Below, piece by piece: positions 1 to 9,497 of a DNA stretch of 64,000 nucleotides (its first letter is position 1; each line of letters begins with the position of its first letter). The DNA lies in assembly GCA_046760805.1 (NCBI GenBank), contig JBHIEV010000001.1:130-64129 (forward strand), in the 5' to 3' direction. A program made the position numbers and the translations under genes. This DNA comes from Candidatus Bathyarchaeia archaeon. GTDB taxonomy: Archaea; Thermoproteota; Bathyarchaeia; Bathyarchaeales; Bathyarchaeaceae. Under the pieces are notes generated by a model. The model was not told the DNA's origin. It saw only the letters and a list, made by a program, of their open reading frames with translations, and ran no database searches.

Positions 1-29
1 ACCTATTATCCTCCTAAAGAGAGCCTAAA

Positions 30-413
30 ATGTCTTTGAAATCGAAGCTCAAGATCGAAAACTCTGTGGTGCTAACGTTCTCGATTTTCTATGTAATTGT
101 AGGCGTGGCGATGATCTTCATCTTGGCGGCTTCGCATTTCATAGCACCACCCCACATTGGAGTATTAGCATTCCTCAGCTTCATCACAGCGTACGGTTTG
201 ATCCAGATGAGAAAGTGGGCTGTTCTGCTCACAACCGTTCTCTTCTTTCTGGGAGTAGCCTTTAGCGTGCCTGTGCTCTATTCCTCAATCAACAGCCAGC
301 CATTCTCTTCAAGCTTAGGAACCCTACTACTCAACTTGGCATTAATCGGCTACGTAGTTCTGTCGCTACTCGCCTTTGCGTATGTGGCGGCGAGAAGAGA
401 GAATTTTAAGTAA
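30..413 (+). CDS. small integral membrane protein, unknown function
   Basis: 127-aa ORF with about four long hydrophobic segments. No recognisable catalytic motif. Confidence 0.45.
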   Translation: MSLKSKLKIENSVVLTFSIFYVIVGVAMIFILAASHFIAPPHIGVLAFLSFITAYGLIQMRKWAVLLTTVLFFLGVAFSVPVLYSSINSQPFSSSLGTLLLNLALIGYVVLSLLAFAYVAARRENFK

Positions 414-435
414 GCTAGACTGTAATGCGTCTTTT

Positions 436-1683
436 TCAGAATTCGATTTCTGGTTTGAATAGCCACACTGAGACCTTGTCTCCAGCGTCAACAAACTGCT
501 GTTCCTCACTTATCTCGACAAAACCGTCAGCCCTTGCCAGCGTTGTTATGGCGCCGGATAATCCCAAAGCGACAGGCGAAGCTAGCAGCCTTCCAGATTT
601 GTCACGAGCGAGTTTCACCATGGTGAACGTTCGTCGACCCCTCGCAGAGAACATCCTCTTTTCGGCAAATGCCTCAACCATTGGAGTAGCTTTCTCATGT
701 GTTCCTGTCATGCGATATATCTGGGGGCGTACAAGTTGATAGAACATTGTTAGAGCGGACGTTGGGTGACCAGGCAGAGCGAAGGCAGGTTTCTCATTAA
801 TCATGGCTATCGTCGTTGGTTTCCCTGGCTTCACCGCAATTCCCGAGACAATCACTCCGGGCTTGCCCAACATGTCTAGCACTTGAGGAATAACGTCCTT
901 TGGTCCAACCGAAACTCCCCCTGAAGTAACCACCATATCTGCAAGGCTCAATGCCTTTTCGAGGGCCTTTTTGAGATGGTCAATATCGTCTTGGATTATG
1001 CCTAGGTTGATTGGTTGTCCCCCGCATTCCCGAATCGCGGCGCTTAGGGTGAAAGCGTTTATGTCGTAGATTTTTGCTGGTGGCAAAGGCTCTCTCTGTT
1101 CAACGATCTCGGCACCTGTGGAGATGACTGCCACTTTCGGTCGTTTGTACACGACGACTTGTGTTGTTCCCAGGGCTGCCAGAACGCCTATTTCTCGAGA
1201 GGAGATTCTCTGTCCTCTTCTCAGGACAATTTCGCCTTTCCTAATATCCGAGCCCGCCTTCATCACGTTTTCTCCTATCGACACCGGTCTACGTATAAGA
1301 ACGGCGTTATCATCTAGAATCGCATATTCCAGCATGACGACAGCATCTGCACCCTCAGGTAAAGGCGCTCCAGTCACTATCCCCGCGGTCATGTGATTCT
1401 CCACTGTGACGCTCGGAGTCTCACCGACGGCGACATGCCCACACAACTCCAACACCACGGGGCTATTCTCGTCCGCACCGAAGGTGTCCACTGCTCTCAC
1501 AGCGTAGCCATCGACTGTTGACCGATTGAAAGGTGGGACATCTATTGAAGCCGCAATATCTTCGGCGAGAACGCGACCATGCGCTTCAGGAAGGGAAACC
1601 TGCTCCATTCCAGTGGGCTTCAGTGAGAGACTATGTTTAAGAACCTCCCTAGCCTCACCGAGTGAGACCAATTTTCTAAACAT
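436..1683 (-). CDS. moeA: molybdopterin molybdenumtransferase MoeA, paralog 1
   Basis: 415 aa. MoeA N-domain signature PPFNRSTVDGYAV, MoCF-binding core TSGGVSVGPKD, C-terminal barrel. Confidence 0.9.
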   Translation of the reverse strand: MFRKLVSLGEAREVLKHSLSLKPTGMEQVSLPEAHGRVLAEDIAASIDVPPFNRSTVDGYAVRAVDTFGADENSPVVLELCGHVAVGETPSVTVENHMTAGIVTGAPLPEGADAVVMLEYAILDDNAVLIRRPVSIGENVMKAGSDIRKGEIVLRRGQRISSREIGVLAALGTTQVVVYKRPKVAVISTGAEIVEQREPLPPAKIYDINAFTLSAAIRECGGQPINLGIIQDDIDHLKKALEKALSLADMVVTSGGVSVGPKDVIPQVLDMLGKPGVIVSGIAVKPGKPTTIAMINEKPAFALPGHPTSALTMFYQLVRPQIYRMTGTHEKATPMVEAFAEKRMFSARGRRTFTMVKLARDKSGRLLASPVALGLSGAITTLARADGFVEISEEQQFVDAGDKVSVWLFKPEIEF

Positions 1684-1686
1684 TCT

Positions 1687-2931
1687 TTACGCCTCTATCC
1701 TGTCGAAGAGATGCACGGCCACAGTTTCTCCCTCGTCCAATCCCTGACGGCTTTCAGGAATCATAACGTATCCGTTCGCCTCAGTCATGGTGGATAGGGT
1801 GCCTGAGCCCTTAACCCTGACTGGTTCAGCCAAGAACTCGCCCTCTTTCTCGAAGACTCGAACCCTCAGGAAGGCTCTTCTCCCTAGCGTAGAGGGGACC
1901 TTTCGGGTCAATCTTGCCTTAACCATGGGTCTCGGCTCGCTTTCCACCCCCAACATCTGTTGAATAAGCTTTCGAGCGAAGACCTCAAAGCCCATCATAG
2001 CAGCCACAGGATTCCCAGACAATACAATGGCTGGCTTGCCTTGAACAATTGCCAATGCCGTGGGCATGGCTGGGCGCATAGCTATTCCATGCACAACCAC
2101 GCCAGGAGTTCCCATCCGATTTATAGCTGTAGGAACAAGATCATCACGACCTACACTTGTTCCTCCGGTCGTGATGAGCATGTCGGCTTTCCTCAATCCT
2201 TCACGGATCTTTGCATCTATCTCTGAAAGGTCATCTTTTGCTATGCCGAGGTCTATGGCTTCAGCACCGAGTTCCCAGCACATGCCTGAGAGGATTAATC
2301 GGTTCACGTCTATCACCTGATTCGTTTTAGCTTCACGACCTAAATCAACAAGCTCATCTCCAGTGGATAGAATTGCAACCTTAGGCTTTTCTACCACCTT
2401 AACGTGGGTCATCGCCAAAGCAGCCAACAAACCAATGTGCTGAGGCTTCAGTCGAGTCCCCGATTTCACAGCAATCTGTCCTTTATGCACATCCTCCCCC
2501 CTTTTAGAAACGTTTTCGCCTGGAGTGCTTGGGTTCCAAACTTCGATTTCATCCTTTTTTCGCTTAGTGTGCTCCAGCATAATCACGGTGTCAGCGCCTT
2601 CGGGAAGCGGATTGCCGGTCCATATCTCCCTCGCCTCTTTTTCGCCGATCTGCTCGTTTCTGGTTACTCTGAGCATTTTTGGGCTGAACTGGGATGCCTT
2701 GAAAGTGTCTTGCGCCCTTACAGCATAGCCGTCCACGGCAGAACGGTCGAAGGGAGGCAGATCGTGGTCTGCCACAACATCCTCAGCTGTCACCCGGCTT
2801 AAGGCTGTACGAATCTGAACCTGTTCAGGTTCCAGCCTTTTCGACTCAAGCTTCCCTAGAAAGATGGAGAGGGCGTCGTCGATGTTTGTCAGTTTTTGAA
2901 ATCCCTTGAGTCGGGCCAAGGTTTTTCCCAC
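1687..2931 (-). CDS. moeA: molybdopterin molybdenumtransferase MoeA, paralog 2
   Basis: 414 aa. PPFDRSAVDGYAV and TTGGTSVGRDD motifs. Lies 3 nt upstream of paralog 1 on the same strand. Confidence 0.9.
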   Translation of the reverse strand: MGKTLARLKGFQKLTNIDDALSIFLGKLESKRLEPEQVQIRTALSRVTAEDVVADHDLPPFDRSAVDGYAVRAQDTFKASQFSPKMLRVTRNEQIGEKEAREIWTGNPLPEGADTVIMLEHTKRKKDEIEVWNPSTPGENVSKRGEDVHKGQIAVKSGTRLKPQHIGLLAALAMTHVKVVEKPKVAILSTGDELVDLGREAKTNQVIDVNRLILSGMCWELGAEAIDLGIAKDDLSEIDAKIREGLRKADMLITTGGTSVGRDDLVPTAINRMGTPGVVVHGIAMRPAMPTALAIVQGKPAIVLSGNPVAAMMGFEVFARKLIQQMLGVESEPRPMVKARLTRKVPSTLGRRAFLRVRVFEKEGEFLAEPVRVKGSGTLSTMTEANGYVMIPESRQGLDEGETVAVHLFDRIEA

Positions 2932-3128
2932 CTAAGCAAGATAAGATACGAATATAAAGATACATCCCGCTTAACCTCATGCATGCATGCGAAGAGTTCT
3001 GCAACCGAGTTAGACCATGCCAGCCTCGAAAAGCTGGCTAAAATGCTCCGCATCCTCGGCTTCCCAACACAAACAAAAGTCTACCTCTTTTGAAAAATGA
3101 ACTTGACCCTACGTAATCGGCATGTACT

Positions 3129-3473
3129 TTAATCAGCGCTTTCTTCAATGAAATCTTTTAACACTTCTTTTACTGGCATCTCAAAAAGTTGACGCAGGCG
3201 GTCCAACAATTCTGTTCCCTTGTTCGTTATTGAATAGTGTTTTATGCGGCGTCTACCTCTCTGTGTCCACTCGCCAACTATGAAACTCCTTCTTTCGAGT
3301 TCATATAGGAGTGGGTATACAACTCCTGCGTGAAAATTTTGTCCAGTCAGTCTTTTCATTTCTTTGACAATCTTGTAGCCGGACATGGGCTTCTGGCTTA
3401 AAAGCCACAGAATAACGGCTCTGCTGAAGCCTCTCACAGTGGCTTTAATTAGGTCTCTTTCTACTTCAGCCAC
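3129..3473 (-). CDS. PadR-family winged-helix transcriptional regulator
   Basis: 114 aa. ILWLLSQKPMSGYKIVKEMKRLTG...VVYPLLYELERRSFI matches the PadR wHTH pattern. Confidence 0.8.
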   Translation of the reverse strand: MAEVERDLIKATVRGFSRAVILWLLSQKPMSGYKIVKEMKRLTGQNFHAGVVYPLLYELERRSFIVGEWTQRGRRRIKHYSITNKGTELLDRLRQLFEMPVKEVLKDFIEESAD

Positions 3474-3583
3474 TAGTTAAACCTCAAATGGCACTCCATC
3501 TTGACTATGTTCACATTCCTATTAACTTCTTTCCAAAAGAACGCTAAACAAAAGGTTGATATATCGAAAGTTAAAATATTGTC

Positions 3584-3934
3584 ATGGAGCTAGAGACTAT
3601 GGTCAAAGTTATCAATGCGTTTCTGCACGGTCTCGAGAGACCGCTTATACTTTGGCTTCTATCCCAAGGACCTAGGCACGGATACAGACTCATTGAGGAG
3701 CTTAAAAGATTAACGGGGCAGAAATCGAAGCCAGGTATGGTTTATCCCTTTCTTCACTGGTTAGAAGATGAAGGCTTTGCGGTGAGCGAATGGGTGAAGA
3801 GAAACGGACGCAACTTGAGGCGTTATCGTTTAACAGAGAAGGGAAAAGGTCTCCTTAGAAAAGTGCGCAATTTTTTCAACAAGCCAATTAGAAGGGTAAT
3901 CGCCGATTTGTTAAGTGAGCAAAAACAAAAATGA
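3584..3934 (+). CDS. PadR-family winged-helix transcriptional regulator (paralog, divergent)
   Basis: 116 aa. ILWLLSQGPRHGYRLIEELKRLTG...MVYPFLHWLEDEGFA. Clearly paralogous to 3129..3473. Confidence 0.8.
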   Translation: MELETMVKVINAFLHGLERPLILWLLSQGPRHGYRLIEELKRLTGQKSKPGMVYPFLHWLEDEGFAVSEWVKRNGRNLRRYRLTEKGKGLLRKVRNFFNKPIRRVIADLLSEQKQK

Positions 3935-3936
3935 GT

Positions 3937-4887
3937 TTACAAGCCAAGTGTTTTTCCCACTAGCACATAGGCCCCTACCACAATCATCAAAATGATTCCA
4001 TATTTCCTTGTGGATTCTTTTAGATTGACCCCATTTTCTGTCGATGGATTCTTGATTGTGGCTATATAATCCTTTACAATTAGTATGCAAAATGGGAGCG
4101 GCAGGAAAAATAGAAGAAAATAGCTGGAAGACCATAGGCCAAAAGCTACATAAATGAATGGCAAGAGACCAGTTATGAACGATAAAAATCCCATAAGGAT
4201 GATGCCTTGCTTTCTTCCATACTTAACAACAAAGGTTTGAATCCTCGTCTTACGGTCTGCTTCATAGTCTCCGAGCGCTTGCAGAAGGTGACCGCTAGAA
4301 TGAGCCAACATTAATGGAATGGCACTTATGAAAATGAGTGGGATACTGCTGTTTGAGTGGTGAGATGTGTTCGCTCCTATAAGAAACGGAAGTAGACCAG
4401 CACCTATGCCTGAAACAATGAAATCTATGACTGGCACAGTTTTGAGCCGAAAAGGCGGAACAGAATAGACAGTCCAAAGGGCAAGATAAACGAGAAACAA
4501 TAATAGAAGACTTACATCCACCAAAAATACTAAGAATAAGCATAAAATGATTAGCGAAAGGGAAAGGATTAACGCTGTTCGTGGCGCTATCTTTCCAGAC
4601 GCAACGGGTAGATTAGACTTGATTGTGTTCTCGCGGTCTTCTTTTCGGTCAAAGTACTGATTCAAAATAAAGATACCAGCTGTCGCAAAGGAGAAAGCAA
4701 ACAAGACAATAATGACACGCCCAAGGGCAGATAAACCTGGGAAAATGCTTCCAAAACCGAAACTAAAAATCCACCCGAGCCAACTCTCCACTCTTGTAAC
4801 TTTAAAGTACTCGTTGAGTACTTCATAGTGACAGATTGTTTCAAGAGCTTTCACTTGCCCTTTCTTCTCCTTGTCAGTTTTTCCCAA
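3937..4887 (-). CDS. UbiA-superfamily prenyltransferase, non-canonical subfamily
   Basis: 316 aa and polytopic. First Asp-rich motif NQYFDRKEDRE followed by LPVASGKI. YSVPPFRLK loop typical of UbiA enzymes. TTG start, so the start is uncertain. Confidence 0.75.
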   Translation of the reverse strand: MGKTDKEKKGQVKALETICHYEVLNEYFKVTRVESWLGWIFSFGFGSIFPGLSALGRVIIVLFAFSFATAGIFILNQYFDRKEDRENTIKSNLPVASGKIAPRTALILSLSLIILCLFLVFLVDVSLLLLFLVYLALWTVYSVPPFRLKTVPVIDFIVSGIGAGLLPFLIGANTSHHSNSSIPLIFISAIPLMLAHSSGHLLQALGDYEADRKTRIQTFVVKYGRKQGIILMGFLSFITGLLPFIYVAFGLWSSSYFLLFFLPLPFCILIVKDYIATIKNPSTENGVNLKESTRKYGIILMIVVGAYVLVGKTLGL

Positions 4888-5028
4888 AGTTTGTGCAATA
4901 TTTCAGGAAATGAGAAAAAGAGTGTTATGGCAACACCAATGAAAGAAGAGAGGGCAGACCTGATTTTGCGACTTACTGCGTCCATGCTTGAAACCGTCTT
5001 CTAAGCTAACTTGGCAGCGTTATCATAA

Positions 5029-5202
5029 CTATTTTGGAGTCTTTCCCTTTGTCTCTGACGGAACATAGTCGATTTTTCCCGTTACCGCTATGGCACCTAT
5101 CTCAGTGCCTCCAATTACGATTTTGAAACTAGTATCAACATTCCACGTTCTCTTTTTCGCCAACAAAATCTCTACTAGGTCTACAAGAGTTTTCTGTGTC
5201 AT
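5029..5202 (-). CDS. small hypothetical protein (57 aa), below the ORF-track cutoff
   Basis: Hand translation gives MTQKTLVDLVEILLAKKRTWNVDTSFKIVIGGTEIGAIAVTGKIDYVPSETKGKTPK. ATG start lies 34 nt from a palindromic TATA-like element. Upstream of UbiA on the same strand. Confidence 0.3.
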   Translation of the reverse strand: MTQKTLVDLVEILLAKKRTWNVDTSFKIVIGGTEIGAIAVTGKIDYVPSETKGKTPK

Positions 5203-5235
5203 GTGCTCACCACCAAAAGATAGATATGTATCGAG

Positions 5236-5243
5236 ATTTAAAT
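5236..5243. promoter_or_regulatory. palindromic TATA-like element ATTTAAAT between divergent genes
   Basis: Perfect palindrome. Lies 34 nt from the minus-strand ATG at 5202 and 40 nt from an in-frame GTG at 5283. Confidence 0.35.
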
Positions 5244-5282
5244 GTTTTGCAAATCATAATATCTCCACGTGAGGACTGTGCA

Positions 5283-6839
5283 GTGAAAGTCGTGCTCACA
5301 GCAGACAGAACCAATATGCTCAATCACAAAGTCTTCTTTCTGACTGGTTTTTTAGCCACCGTTCCGAGGGAGGTTATCCATCCAGTCGTCCGACCGATAT
5401 GTGAATCTGTGGTGTTCTCGAAACCACCCTCTAACGGGAGGGAGGCAACGCTTGCTCTATATGGGATGCGTAAGATTGAGGCGGCGCTTATTGAAGCTGA
5501 CGTTCCGGTGGAGGTTGTGCCTTGGAACAAGCTAGATGAGATCGATAAGGTGGATGTGTTTGGTGTATCCGCGATGGATCCTTTAGGTTGCGGACCAGCT
5601 ACGACCACGGCTAGAATGTTTCTGGGCGGGACGCCATATAACCGGTATTATTTCGAGAAGCTGATAGATAAACTGAGAGAGTTCCAAAAACCCATAATCG
5701 TTGGAGGATCCGGCGCTTGGCAATTCGAGGTGTTCCCCGAAGAGCAAGATAGACTTGGCATAGACTGCGTGTTAGTGGGTGACGGCGAAGAAGCGGCTCC
5801 GCAGGTCTTCAGAATGGCTACGACAGGAAACAAGTTGCCGAAAATAGTTCACAGTAGTCAACCTAGTCGCATACCTCTTATCAAGAAACCAGCTTATTGG
5901 GGGTTTGTCGAGGTGTCGAGGGGTTGTGACAGAGCATGTCAATTCTGTGATCCAGCGATGAAGAAGTTCCGGTGGATGTCCTTAGATCACATACTTGAAG
6001 AGGTCAAGGTTAACCTCAGGTTTCAGAACGGTGTTACATTACATTCTGAGGACGTTTTTCGCTACGGTTGTAGACATGGTGAATGGAAGCCAAATGGGAA
6101 GCTAATAAATTTGTTCAGGGCGGTGAGGCATGTTGGGGCAAGGTGGATCGTGATAACCCATGGCACACTAAGTTCTGCACACTCATCCCCAGAGCTAATC
6201 GGGGAGATGGCAAAACTCATGAAAACTAACCCTGAGGATTACGCCGGTGTCCAGGTGGGCTTGGAAACCGGATCAACCCGACTCATTGCAAAATACATGC
6301 GTGGCAAAGCCTTGCCCTACACTCCTGAAGAATGGCCCTCCATAGCGAGTCAAGCATTTGAACTGTTGACCGAGAATAGGATAATACCTGCCGCCACACT
6401 GATTATAGGGTTGCCCGGCGAAACCGCTGAGGATGTCGACCAGACAATAGAACTAGTAAAACAACTTGAAAAATACCCCAGCATGATAGTTCCGCTTGCA
6501 TTCGTGCCATTAGGCCTCTTAAGGAAACAACACTTCCCAAAGGAACTTAAGAGCGATGCTTACATAAAACTCTATTCAACCTGTGCCCGACACAACGCTT
6601 ACTGGACGAGAACTTTTTCACGCCACTGGCAAGGAAGGATGGCTCTAGGACCCGATTTCATAGCCCATATTGGTGCCATGCTGATGTGGAAGGGGGCAGA
6701 GGCCATGGAAGCACGCAGAAACGTGTCCCAACTACGCGTAGCCGCTTGGGCTACTCAGGAGACGGCACTATTTCTGGCACACAGAGCAGAGGCGACCATC
6801 AAGAACAACAAATGGGTGCTCGAGCTTGCAACACACTAA
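5283..6839 (+). CDS. radical SAM enzyme with N-terminal B12-binding-like (Rossmann) domain
   Basis: CxxxCxxC cluster motif GCDRACQFC. An N-terminal domain of about 200 aa precedes it (IIVGGSGAWQF...). The track ORF opens at 5196, but GTG 5283 (KVVLTADRT...) is preferred because the TATA-like element lies inside the longer ORF. Confidence 0.75.
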   Translation: MKVVLTADRTNMLNHKVFFLTGFLATVPREVIHPVVRPICESVVFSKPPSNGREATLALYGMRKIEAALIEADVPVEVVPWNKLDEIDKVDVFGVSAMDPLGCGPATTTARMFLGGTPYNRYYFEKLIDKLREFQKPIIVGGSGAWQFEVFPEEQDRLGIDCVLVGDGEEAAPQVFRMATTGNKLPKIVHSSQPSRIPLIKKPAYWGFVEVSRGCDRACQFCDPAMKKFRWMSLDHILEEVKVNLRFQNGVTLHSEDVFRYGCRHGEWKPNGKLINLFRAVRHVGARWIVITHGTLSSAHSSPELIGEMAKLMKTNPEDYAGVQVGLETGSTRLIAKYMRGKALPYTPEEWPSIASQAFELLTENRIIPAATLIIGLPGETAEDVDQTIELVKQLEKYPSMIVPLAFVPLGLLRKQHFPKELKSDAYIKLYSTCARHNAYWTRTFSRHWQGRMALGPDFIAHIGAMLMWKGAEAMEARRNVSQLRVAAWATQETALFLAHRAEATIKNNKWVLELATH

Positions 6840-7016
6840 CAATCCTCTCAAGGATAAGCGTGACTCTCTTGCCAATTCGTTTCATCTATCGATTGCTACG
6901 CCCAAAAACCCTGGAGATTATGTACGCGTTTATGGATGTGAGTAGTACGGTCCACTCAACCGCAACTTTTAAGATGAAAAACGTTTAGAATCAGGTTCAC
7001 TGTGGGATGAGGGCCC

Positions 7017-8534
7017 ATGCAGATAGGTTCCGTTGAAAACGCACTGCTCTCAGCAGTCAACCCGATATTAAAATCAGTCATTAAGAGGTTTGATGTTGAA
7101 TGTGAGCGGGATGGAAGCCTACTCGTAAACTCTCTAAAGCACTTTCTAGGTGAGGACGTTCAGTTTTGTAGAAGTTGCACCAGTTTGAGCCGTAGGATTG
7201 CGGACCCTTTTTACGAGGTCGGTAGCAGAATTCTCAGGGTTAACAAGAATTTTATGCGAAATATGTTTCTGGAGCAGGAATATGGTGAAGCTTGGTTAAA
7301 GGGCTTCGCGCTGATGATGAAGGGGATAAGAAAGTACGGAATAAGAGTTCCGTTTACGCCCGCCGGTCCTTTCCAGATTGTCTGGGATTTCACTTACCTC
7401 TGCAACCTCAGGTGCAAGCACTGCTACGAGGATGCAGGGGCTCGCTTACCTGAGCTATCGACAGATCAAGCCTACAAAGCCTTGGATGTCTTATCGAGGA
7501 TCGCTGGCGTCGGCCTCCCGTCCCTGTCCTTCTCGGGCGGAGAGCCCCTCATGAGGAAAGATTTCTTCGAGGTAGCAGCATACGCAAAGGAGAGAATACC
7601 TTACATAAGCATAGCAACGAACGGCACTCTGCTCACAAAAGATAACGTGGAGCGGCTTAGAGACGTGGGCATTGACTATGTCGAGATAAGCCTTGACGGG
7701 GCGAGTAGAGAGGTTCATGAAAACTTCAGAAGGGTTCCCGGCTGCTTCGAGAAGACAATGAATGGCATAAAAAATTGTGTAGATTCTGGTCTTGATACAT
7801 GTATTGCAGCGGTAGCTCACAGGCAGAATCTGAGCGAGATACCCAAGATAGTTGAACTTGCGGAGAAGTTGGGAACCAGATTCATGCACTTCAATTACAT
7901 ACCAACCGGAAGAGCAAAAGAACACGTAGAGCTTGACCTTGATCCAAAGGAGAGGCTCTCGCTCCTCGAGATGATTGGGAGAAAGACTGTTGGCCTTTAC
8001 ATGAGAGCGAAGGAAGAGGAGGAAGAGACCGGCAGAACAAACATCAAAACGGACAGGTTCTTCAGCACATGTCCTCAATTCGCAAGCGTGGTGAAGAGGC
8101 TTTCAGAGGAGATAGGAGAGAATTTTGCGGTTTCCGCTCACTACGCAGCGAAGAAAGGAGTTGAGAATGTCGCGAACTTTTTGGGTGGATGCGGAGCTGG
8201 AAGACTTTACATCGCTCTTGAGCCAAACGGAGACCTGAAGCCATGCGTCTTCTTCCCAACGAACAAAGAGACCGTGTTCGGCAACATTCTCGAAGACGAT
8301 TTTGAGGGACTCTGGGATAACAATGGGATGTTGTGGCAGTTGAGGACTAGAGAGAATCTTGAGAGCTACAGGATTGGTGGTAAGACTATCGGTTGTGGGA
8401 CCTGTGAGGATAAGAACATATGTGGTGGGTGCCGAGCCAGATCGTATGGTTACTTCAATGGGAGACTGACTTCAGCTGACATTGGATGTATTGAAAACGA
8501 AAAAGTATGGAAGAAGATAGCAGAGTCGATTTAG
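7017..8534 (+). CDS. radical SAM enzyme with SPASM/twitch-like C-terminal Cys cluster
   Basis: 505 aa. CNLRCKHCY radical-SAM motif. C-terminal CGTCEDKNICGGC cluster. About 110-aa N-terminal extension. Confidence 0.8.
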   Translation: MQIGSVENALLSAVNPILKSVIKRFDVECERDGSLLVNSLKHFLGEDVQFCRSCTSLSRRIADPFYEVGSRILRVNKNFMRNMFLEQEYGEAWLKGFALMMKGIRKYGIRVPFTPAGPFQIVWDFTYLCNLRCKHCYEDAGARLPELSTDQAYKALDVLSRIAGVGLPSLSFSGGEPLMRKDFFEVAAYAKERIPYISIATNGTLLTKDNVERLRDVGIDYVEISLDGASREVHENFRRVPGCFEKTMNGIKNCVDSGLDTCIAAVAHRQNLSEIPKIVELAEKLGTRFMHFNYIPTGRAKEHVELDLDPKERLSLLEMIGRKTVGLYMRAKEEEEETGRTNIKTDRFFSTCPQFASVVKRLSEEIGENFAVSAHYAAKKGVENVANFLGGCGAGRLYIALEPNGDLKPCVFFPTNKETVFGNILEDDFEGLWDNNGMLWQLRTRENLESYRIGGKTIGCGTCEDKNICGGCRARSYGYFNGRLTSADIGCIENEKVWKKIAESI

Positions 8535-8643
8535 TGAAGTCTGGATTTTTCAAGTTTTGCTCAACCAAAACGCAAAGAACCAAAAGTCGAAACATTCTTA
8601 AGCTGTTCTGTATTAAACTGTGCACTTAAAAGGGTGAAGGCTC

Positions 8644-9024
8644 ATGTCAAAACCGTTCTACATAAAATTTGAGATCCCTAAAGAAGTGGCAGATGCGGCC
8701 TATGAAGCCCTCCAGATAGCCACTCGATCTGGGCAAGTTCGTAGAGGTACAAACGAGACAACCAAGGCTGTCGAACGAGGCGAAGCGAAGCTCGTTGTCA
8801 TAGCCGAGGATGTGGATCCGCCGGAGGTGGTTGCTCATCTTCCCCTGCTTTGTGAGGAGAGAAAGATCCCATACGTCTTTGTGCCAAGCAAGAACAAAAT
8901 CGGGACTTCTTCTGGAATAGACGTCCCAGCTGCTTCCGCATGCATAGCTCAGGCTGGCGATGCAGCATCCTTGATAAAGGACATCTCGAGCCGTCTCGAG
9001 GAGTTGAGGAAGGGTAGTGGATGA
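8644..9024 (+). CDS. rpl7ae: ribosomal protein L7Ae (eL8), K-turn binding
   Basis: 126 aa. [38 protein letters not shown]. Confidence 0.95.
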   Translation: MSKPFYIKFEIPKEVADAAYEALQIATRSGQVRRGTNETTKAVERGEAKLVVIAEDVDPPEVVAHLPLLCEERKIPYVFVPSKNKIGTSSGIDVPAASACIAQAGDAASLIKDISSRLEELRKGSG

Positions 9025-9236
9025 GCGGAGAGGAAGAGGAGTTAACTCCCGCTGAGGTCATCCAGATTATTGGACGGACTGGAATCACTGGGGAGATAAT
9101 ACAAGTTCGAGTTCGAGTTCTTGAGGGTAGAGACAAGGGGCGCATCATAACAAGAAACGTGAAAGGACCAGTGCGAACAAATGATATTCTCATGCTCCGG
9201 GAGACGGAGAGGGAAGCCAAGAAACTCAGAAGATGA
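9021..9236 (+). CDS. rps28e: ribosomal protein S28e
   Basis: 71 aa. [28 protein letters not shown] overlap with rpl7ae. Confidence 0.95.
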   Translation: MSGEEEELTPAEVIQIIGRTGITGEIIQVRVRVLEGRDKGRIITRNVKGPVRTNDILMLRETEREAKKLRR

Positions 9237-9448
9237 TGGAGATAATGCTCGTGCCGAAGACACGACAGTGTTCTTTCTGCGGACACGATTTCCCGCCAGG
9301 CACTGGAATGATGTATGTAAGAAACGACGGGACTATTCTCTGGTTCTGTTCCAGCAAGTGCAGAAAAAGCTCTCTAAAGCTGAAGCGGGATTCACGCAAA
9401 GTTCGATGGACTAGGTATTATGGGAAGGAAGAGAAAGGGAAGGGTTAG
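9233..9448 (+). CDS. rpl24e: ribosomal protein L24e
   Basis: 71 aa. [31 protein letters not shown] zinc-ribbon signature. Confidence 0.95.
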   Translation: MMEIMLVPKTRQCSFCGHDFPPGTGMMYVRNDGTILWFCSSKCRKSSLKLKRDSRKVRWTRYYGKEEKGKG

Positions 9449-9497
9449 CTGAGATTGCTTCTCTTTCTCTCGATCAAAAGACTGACAGGAGAGAGAG

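Noticed and set aside
425-739. Many long antisense ORFs in the track overlap well-supported genes. Examples are 425..739, 1118..1396, 7491..8078, 9542..9985, 12183..12722, 17658..18194, 24620..25258, 35210..35674, 42879..43322, 45110..45619, 47162..47776, 47904..48563 and 62669..63145.
   Set aside because: They are shadow ORFs opposite genes with clear family motifs. Their translations are low-complexity (Ser/Pro/Arg/Leu-rich) with no recognisable domains.
6920-6988. 22-codon ORF (MYAFMDVSSTVHSTATFKMKNV) 28 nt upstream of the rSAM/SPASM gene. Considered as a possible RiPP precursor.
   Set aside because: It has no Cys or other typical SPASM-maturase target residues, no obvious ribosome-binding site and no leader-like features. 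There is no way to test conservation here, so it is too speculative.
9098-9120. Short tandem GTTCGA repeat (gttcgagttcgagttc).
   Set aside because: It lies inside rps28e and simply encodes the conserved VRVRV beta-strand, so it is not a structural repeat.
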